64,000 nt of DNA from Enterococcus phage VRE9_2, in the sequence record PP680568.1, one strand, 5' to 3'. A model generated the notes under the pieces. It made no database searches. It was not told the origin of the DNA and worked only from the letters and a program-made list of their open reading frames with translations. A program made the position numbers and the translations under genes. Positions 59,686 through 64,000 of this stretch are shown here, in pieces; positions within the stretch are counted from its first letter, which is position 1; every line of letters begins with the position of its first letter.

Positions 59686-59728
59686 ATTATATCACAATAA
59701 AAATAAAAAGTCAAGCAATTAGCCTGAC
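59686..59728 (-). promoter_or_regulatory. Composite terminator-promoter cassette (copy 3) between the DnaB-like and primase genes
   Basis: Minus strand: GTCAGGCTAATTGCTTGAC hairpin immediately after the DnaB stop, then TTGACT - 17 nt - TATAAT. Confidence 0.65.
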
Positions 59729-59729
59729 T

Positions 59730-61325
59730 TTAAAAAGCACTTTTTCGATCATCTACTGTTTGATTACGACGCTTAACATTTTTTTCTGCTGCTTTTTGAA
59801 CTTTAATAGATGTAGCATCAATTCCAATAGGGATATTATTACTATCTGTAATAAATAAACCCTTACATCTACAAGTTCCCAAATCTACATCACACCACAA
59901 TTTAACACCAGCATATTTACCTCGTCGTACCTTATAAAAGCTAATAATATAATTTGGACGAAAATATCCTTGACTTACAAACGTTTCTACAGCTTGTTCA
60001 TCAATAGGTCTAATTTTAACTGCAATCATTCCTACATCAATACGATCCGCAATAGCTTTAGACCCACGAAGCAGATTTTGATTAAGTTCCCCCTCAAGAT
60101 AATCTCCATTTACCTGAGTTCCTGACTCAATAAAAATTCCTAGTTGATTTGCTAAATCTTTTAATTTAGTTGACAACATAAATAATACCTGGTCTTCACG
60201 TAATTTCATACCATTTGAAATAGAAGCAATTTCTGCTAAAAATTTCATAGATGTATGAATATAATCAAAACGGAAATATTTAACATCATGTTCTCGATAA
60301 TATTTTCTGATAGTAGCTTCAATTTCTGTAACGGAAAAATCTGAAATAATTTCAAAATACAACGGAGCTTCAGACATAATTCTAGCTCCTTCTCTTAATA
60401 CTTTTTCTTGGTCTTCATCAAATTTACCATCTAAAATGATATCTTCAGGAATTCCTGTAAGAAATGCTAATGCCATTGTTTGACATTCTTCTGAATCTAA
60501 CTCTGTAGAAATAAATAAAGAACCTTCTGCTTCTCCGTTGTCAACCCAAGCTTGTTTATGTTGGTCATAAATTACAGGAAAGGCAGAATAACAAGCTCGA
60601 GACATCATAATACGAGATTTCCCATTTCCTGTTGGAGCTGAGTACAAATAAAATTTACCTAACCGATCTCCACGAGTTATCGTATCCATCATTGCAATTG
60701 GGGAAGGAGAACCAAAATCTGGAGCTTCTTTAAAAGAATCAATTAAATTTAATAGACCTTCGCCAGCCTGAATGCTTTCAGAAGCTACATTACTTGCAGA
60801 AGTATCCATAATGTGTTGAATATTATCAGAAATTTCATTTGCCATATCCTTTAAAGAAGTATGTTCAAACCAATTTTGTTGATAAGCAATTAATTCTTGA
60901 TTCTCTGTGTCCCAATCATAAAATTGTTTTACAGACACTCCATTTTTCTCAAGAGAGCGAAGTAGAGTTAATTTTTTAATTGTGTCTAGGGCTGGTTCAA
61001 AAGCTGTTGGATCTCCTACTTGTGATAGTTTGTCAAAAAAATATTCTCCTTGTCTAGCATACTTTCCTTCAGCAATTTCTATCTCTTCGTCAAATAAAGT
61101 ATTAATTTGAGGACGACCCTGAATATAACTTTCTATGACGCCCAAACTAAATTTTGGATGCCCCATTGAATAGAGATTATACATAATAGCATAAGAAACT
61201 TTTTGTAACCCATCAACAAAATCAGCTTCATTTACTGCAGCCATCTTAGGATGGTCAAATAATGTTGGTTGTACATATAAAGCTCCTAATAACATATTAG
61301 CAATATCTTTGCGATAATACTTCAT
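59730..61325 (-). CDS. DnaB-like replicative helicase (SF4)
   Basis: Walker A YSAPTGNGKS. 531 aa. Adjacent to the primase gene. Confidence 0.65.
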   Translation of the reverse strand: MKYYRKDIANMLLGALYVQPTLFDHPKMAAVNEADFVDGLQKVSYAIMYNLYSMGHPKFSLGVIESYIQGRPQINTLFDEEIEIAEGKYARQGEYFFDKLSQVGDPTAFEPALDTIKKLTLLRSLEKNGVSVKQFYDWDTENQELIAYQQNWFEHTSLKDMANEISDNIQHIMDTSASNVASESIQAGEGLLNLIDSFKEAPDFGSPSPIAMMDTITRGDRLGKFYLYSAPTGNGKSRIMMSRACYSAFPVIYDQHKQAWVDNGEAEGSLFISTELDSEECQTMALAFLTGIPEDIILDGKFDEDQEKVLREGARIMSEAPLYFEIISDFSVTEIEATIRKYYREHDVKYFRFDYIHTSMKFLAEIASISNGMKLREDQVLFMLSTKLKDLANQLGIFIESGTQVNGDYLEGELNQNLLRGSKAIADRIDVGMIAVKIRPIDEQAVETFVSQGYFRPNYIISFYKVRRGKYAGVKLWCDVDLGTCRCKGLFITDSNNIPIGIDATSIKVQKAAEKNVKRRNQTVDDRKSAF

Positions 61326-61326
61326 T

Positions 61327-61512
61327 TTAATACTTCACTCCACTCATATCAATAGTAATTGTTTTAGTTTTGTCTTCTTGTAAATCAGAAATAATTGTAT
61401 TAAATAGTTTTTCTGGATTATCTTTTTCTTTCCCTTTAATAAAAATTAACTCTACTTGATTTGTATCTATAGTGTTATCTTTTACGTAAATTTGAAAACA
61501 TTGCTCAAACAT
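61327..61512 (-). CDS. Hypothetical 61-aa protein
   Basis: Coupled between the Zn-ribbon protein and the helicase. Confidence 0.3.
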   Translation of the reverse strand: MFEQCFQIYVKDNTIDTNQVELIFIKGKEKDNPEKLFNTIISDLQEDKTKTITIDMSGVKY

Positions 61513-62005
61513 TTTTATCTTCCTCCTCTAATAATAAAGAATCTAAATCAATTAATTTTTCTAGCCGTTTAGTTTTTTGTGGAGAAACAATAACCTCATT
61601 TGTCTTGTATTCTATTTTAGTAACCTGCTCTAAGTGTTCTAATCCTTTATAATAATCTCTCGCCTCATTGTAAAAATAAGGAACTAAAGCGATACCACTC
61701 TCAGGAGTTAATCGTTTCTTTTTAATATCAATTAAATAATAAAGTGTTCCCAATAGACCAGATTCAGTGTAATTAAATTTTTCTGTAAATTCTTTAATTT
61801 GTTTTTGAACGAGAGGATAATTGACTTTGCCAGGCGTCAACTGCTCCAATAAATCAGTTATACCCGCTCTCTTGGCTCTCTCTTCTTGCATTGTATCATA
61901 ACAAGTTTTATGATAATAGCCCTTAGAGGTATGCTCAAATAATTCTTCTTCTCTGCTAAAACGCTGTCTGCAATATTGACAAATAACTTTTCTTTGTTTA
62001 GCCAT
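61505..62005 (-). CDS. Zn-ribbon protein (CxxC...HxxC), possible helicase loader or regulator
   Basis: N-terminus VICQYCRQRFSREEELFEHTSKGYYHKTCY. 166 aa. Immediately upstream of the DnaB-like gene. Confidence 0.35.
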   Translation of the reverse strand: MAKQRKVICQYCRQRFSREEELFEHTSKGYYHKTCYDTMQEERAKRAGITDLLEQLTPGKVNYPLVQKQIKEFTEKFNYTESGLLGTLYYLIDIKKKRLTPESGIALVPYFYNEARDYYKGLEHLEQVTKIEYKTNEVIVSPQKTKRLEKLIDLDSLLLEEEDKNV

Positions 62006-62030
62006 TATATGTATCCTCCTTAAAAAAGAA

Positions 62031-62066
62031 AAGCGAGGAAGTTATTTCCTCCTCGCTCATCAAATT
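62031..62066 (-). terminator. Rho-independent terminator (minus strand) after the ATPase gene
   Basis: Minus strand: GAGCGAGGAGGAAATAACTTCCTCGCT hairpin followed by TTTTCTTTTTT, then RBS AAGGAGGA. Confidence 0.55.
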
Positions 62067-62070
62067 AATC

Positions 62071-63078
62071 TTATTGTTGTGAAGCAGCCAAATCTTTTAA
62101 GTTTGTAATTGCTAGATCTACTAGTTCAGCTTGTTCAGGTGTAGCATCTGCTACTTTATTATCATGACCTAAAGCTTCATTTACAATTGTACGAATACGA
62201 GGACCATAGAAATCAGCATTAGCTTCCATCAATTCTCCAGCAAGATTATTGAATGTTTCAATTAATTCTTCGATAGGAGTATCAATTTTATTGTATTTAT
62301 GAACCGTAGAAGAATTATCTGTTACAGAATCAATTCCAAATTGTTGCTCTAAATGAGAAACTGCATCACTAATTGCTCCTACTAAATTATCATAATTAAA
62401 TACAATGTAATCAGGAGTGCTATCAAAACGAGAACCAGCAACAAAACGAGGTGTTCCTCGCATGTATAGACGAGTTTCTAAACCTTCTTCTGTATTAACT
62501 GCTCGTGAATAACCAATGATATCAGCCATACGAGTAATAATTTTATTCCCACGTTTATCTAATGTTGGAATAATTTGATTATATTCTTCACCAGATTCAT
62601 CCTTAAAGACTTTATCTTGAGAATGAGAAATCATAACTAATCCATAATCTTCAGCCATGATAGAACGTAATTGTTCATCAAATTCTTTTTCTACTAATTG
62701 ATATCCTTTACCATAAGGTAATTTCTTTTGGTCTGCAATATCTGATGCACCGTGTTGATTAACAATAAATTTTTCACATAGTCCATATGCAATATCTACA
62801 GTATCAATAATAATATTATCATACATTTCTTTAGCTTGATCTGTTTTTAATTGCCGCAAAACTTTTTTAAATTCAGACCAGCTATTAATTGGCAAGGCTC
62901 TTACACCAGGAATTGCAGAATAACCTTTTTCAAAAGCCAATAGCAAAGACTTAGGGAATCGTGTTGCTGTGGTAGTTTTACCTGATTTAGGTTCTCCGTA
63001 AAACATTACTGCATATCCTTTTAAATCTTTAGAAACTTTATGAGGCTCAACATTAAAAATATCAATTGTATTTGCCAT
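62071..63078 (-). CDS. Sak4-like RecA-fold ATPase (AAA_24 family) with C-terminal extension
   Basis: Walker A MFYGEPKSGKTT. Hydrophobic Walker B IIIDTVD. 335 aa. Confidence 0.6.
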   Translation of the reverse strand: MANTIDIFNVEPHKVSKDLKGYAVMFYGEPKSGKTTTATRFPKSLLLAFEKGYSAIPGVRALPINSWSEFKKVLRQLKTDQAKEMYDNIIIDTVDIAYGLCEKFIVNQHGASDIADQKKLPYGKGYQLVEKEFDEQLRSIMAEDYGLVMISHSQDKVFKDESGEEYNQIIPTLDKRGNKIITRMADIIGYSRAVNTEEGLETRLYMRGTPRFVAGSRFDSTPDYIVFNYDNLVGAISDAVSHLEQQFGIDSVTDNSSTVHKYNKIDTPIEELIETFNNLAGELMEANADFYGPRIRTIVNEALGHDNKVADATPEQAELVDLAITNLKDLAASQQ

Positions 63079-63171
63079 TGTATCACTATCCTTTTCTCTT
63101 TTTATTTTATTTTATTAATGTTTCCAACTAGAAAGAGAAACCGAAGCTTCTCCTCCTAAGTAGAACATTAA

Positions 63172-63945
63172 TTAGAATTCAAAAGTTTTTGCTTTATCAA
63201 CTTTTGGCGCTGTATCTTTTTTAGATGTATCAGCCGCAAATCCACTTTTACGTTGTTGATTATCCAAAGCTGCAATTGAAACTTCATAAGCTTTACGTCC
63301 ATCTTGAATTGTTTTAAATAATTCATCTGTAATTTCTTTTGGTTCAATAGCCGCACCAGTAATTACATTTTCTCGTTTTGTACTTTCAAAGATTTCAATA
63401 CGAGTATCACCAAACGCTGATTCTGTTTCACGTTCTTCATGAATTAGATTATTAATCACTTTACCCCATACTTCAATTAAAACTGGGTTTGTTTGACTTG
63501 CGTCAAGCTGAACGAAATAATCATAAGCAGCTTCAGTTTCAATAATAAATTTAGCTGGGAAACAAACGTCACGATAATCAAAAATATTTGCATTCAATAC
63601 ATATCGTCCAGTAGGCTCATCTTTATAAACTTCTTCTACAGGTTGAGCTGTTAACAACAAGTCTGTTGTAAATTCTGCTCGAGGAACACCTGTGTTTCGA
63701 TCATTTAAGAAGCTTGCTCGAATTTGAGTTGCTTCAATTAAATCACCAGCTTGATTTTTAAAAGCACTTGAACTAATAGAAGTTGTCGTCATATAATTTT
63801 TTCCAATAAATGCTTCTGGATTTTGTAACCAATTGCTGATAGTTGCGAACTGTTGGTTTGTAGAACCATCTTTATTCAATTCACGATAAAAACCTTGAAG
63901 ATTTACAGATTGATCTCCAGTATTTAAAGTTAATGATCCAACCAT
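63172..63945 (-). CDS. Hypothetical recombination/ssDNA-associated protein (257 aa)
   Basis: Immediately upstream of the Sak4-like ATPase. The acidic C-terminal peptide ...KVDKAKTFEF ends in an aromatic residue, as SSB-like partner proteins do. The start may lie further upstream. Confidence 0.3.
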   Translation of the reverse strand: MVGSLTLNTGDQSVNLQGFYRELNKDGSTNQQFATISNWLQNPEAFIGKNYMTTTSISSSAFKNQAGDLIEATQIRASFLNDRNTGVPRAEFTTDLLLTAQPVEEVYKDEPTGRYVLNANIFDYRDVCFPAKFIIETEAAYDYFVQLDASQTNPVLIEVWGKVINNLIHEERETESAFGDTRIEIFESTKRENVITGAAIEPKEITDELFKTIQDGRKAYEVSIAALDNQQRKSGFAADTSKKDTAPKVDKAKTFEF

Positions 63946-64000
63946 TGCATTGTAAGGTTCACCAGAGCTTTTATCTGTATATTCCTTAACTGTGAAATCG

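Noticed and set aside
1-64000. CRISPR array, integrase/attachment site, toxin-antitoxin or known defence-system genes
   Set aside because: No spaced direct-repeat array, no tyrosine or serine recombinase motifs, and no ORF pair with TA-like architecture were seen. The window reads as core phage morphogenesis and replication modules.

Overview
The window looks like a contiguous piece of a large tailed dsDNA phage of a low-GC Gram-positive host. It is probably a virulent siphovirus: there is a tape-measure gene but no tail-sheath gene. All genes have Firmicutes-type AAGGAGG Shine-Dalgarno sites and AT-rich codon use. There is no integrase, repressor, tRNA, CRISPR array or reverse transcriptase, so this is not an obvious prophage accessory island.

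The window has two convergent arms that meet at a bidirectional terminator (47914-47944).

Plus-strand arm, 1-47916 (morphogenesis and lysis):
- terminase large subunit 3' end; a small DUF559/Vsr-like endonuclease; portal; a protease/scaffold-like protein with a roughly 300-aa E/K/P-rich disordered region
- major capsid, head-tail joining genes, major tail protein, tail chaperone
- an extra 453-aa gene, then a 2673-aa tape-measure protein
- a 661-aa distal tail protein; a 2533-aa repeat-rich tail fibre with collagen-like triplets and an internal module duplication; a 792-aa receptor-binding-like protein coupled to a 250-aa protein with a canonical EF-hand loop
- holin and an 810-aa lysin with three catalytic domains (glucosaminidase, amidase_2, NlpC/P60)
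- an unexpected second block of five large structural-like genes, including a Tal-like 921-aa protein, downstream of the lysis cassette

Minus-strand arm, 47942-64000 (replication and nucleotide metabolism):
- RuvC-like resolvase; a dUTPase with an insertion of about 115 aa; a dNMP-kinase-like protein
- PHP-domain DNA polymerase III alpha; thymidine kinase; Dda/RecD-like helicase
- DHH/RecJ-like exonuclease; DnaG-like primase; DnaB-like helicase; a Zn-ribbon protein; a Sak4-like (AAA_24) ATPase

The most distinctive non-coding signal is three copies of a composite terminator-promoter cassette in the replication arm. In each, a GTCAAG-loop-CTTGAC hairpin sits right after a stop codon, and its distal arm plus the following T-tract doubles as a consensus TTGACT-17-TATAAT promoter. 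A fourth consensus promoter (TTGACA-17-TATAAT) precedes the kinase gene.

Host, phage genus and all protein families are inferred from motifs read by eye. No database search was possible.
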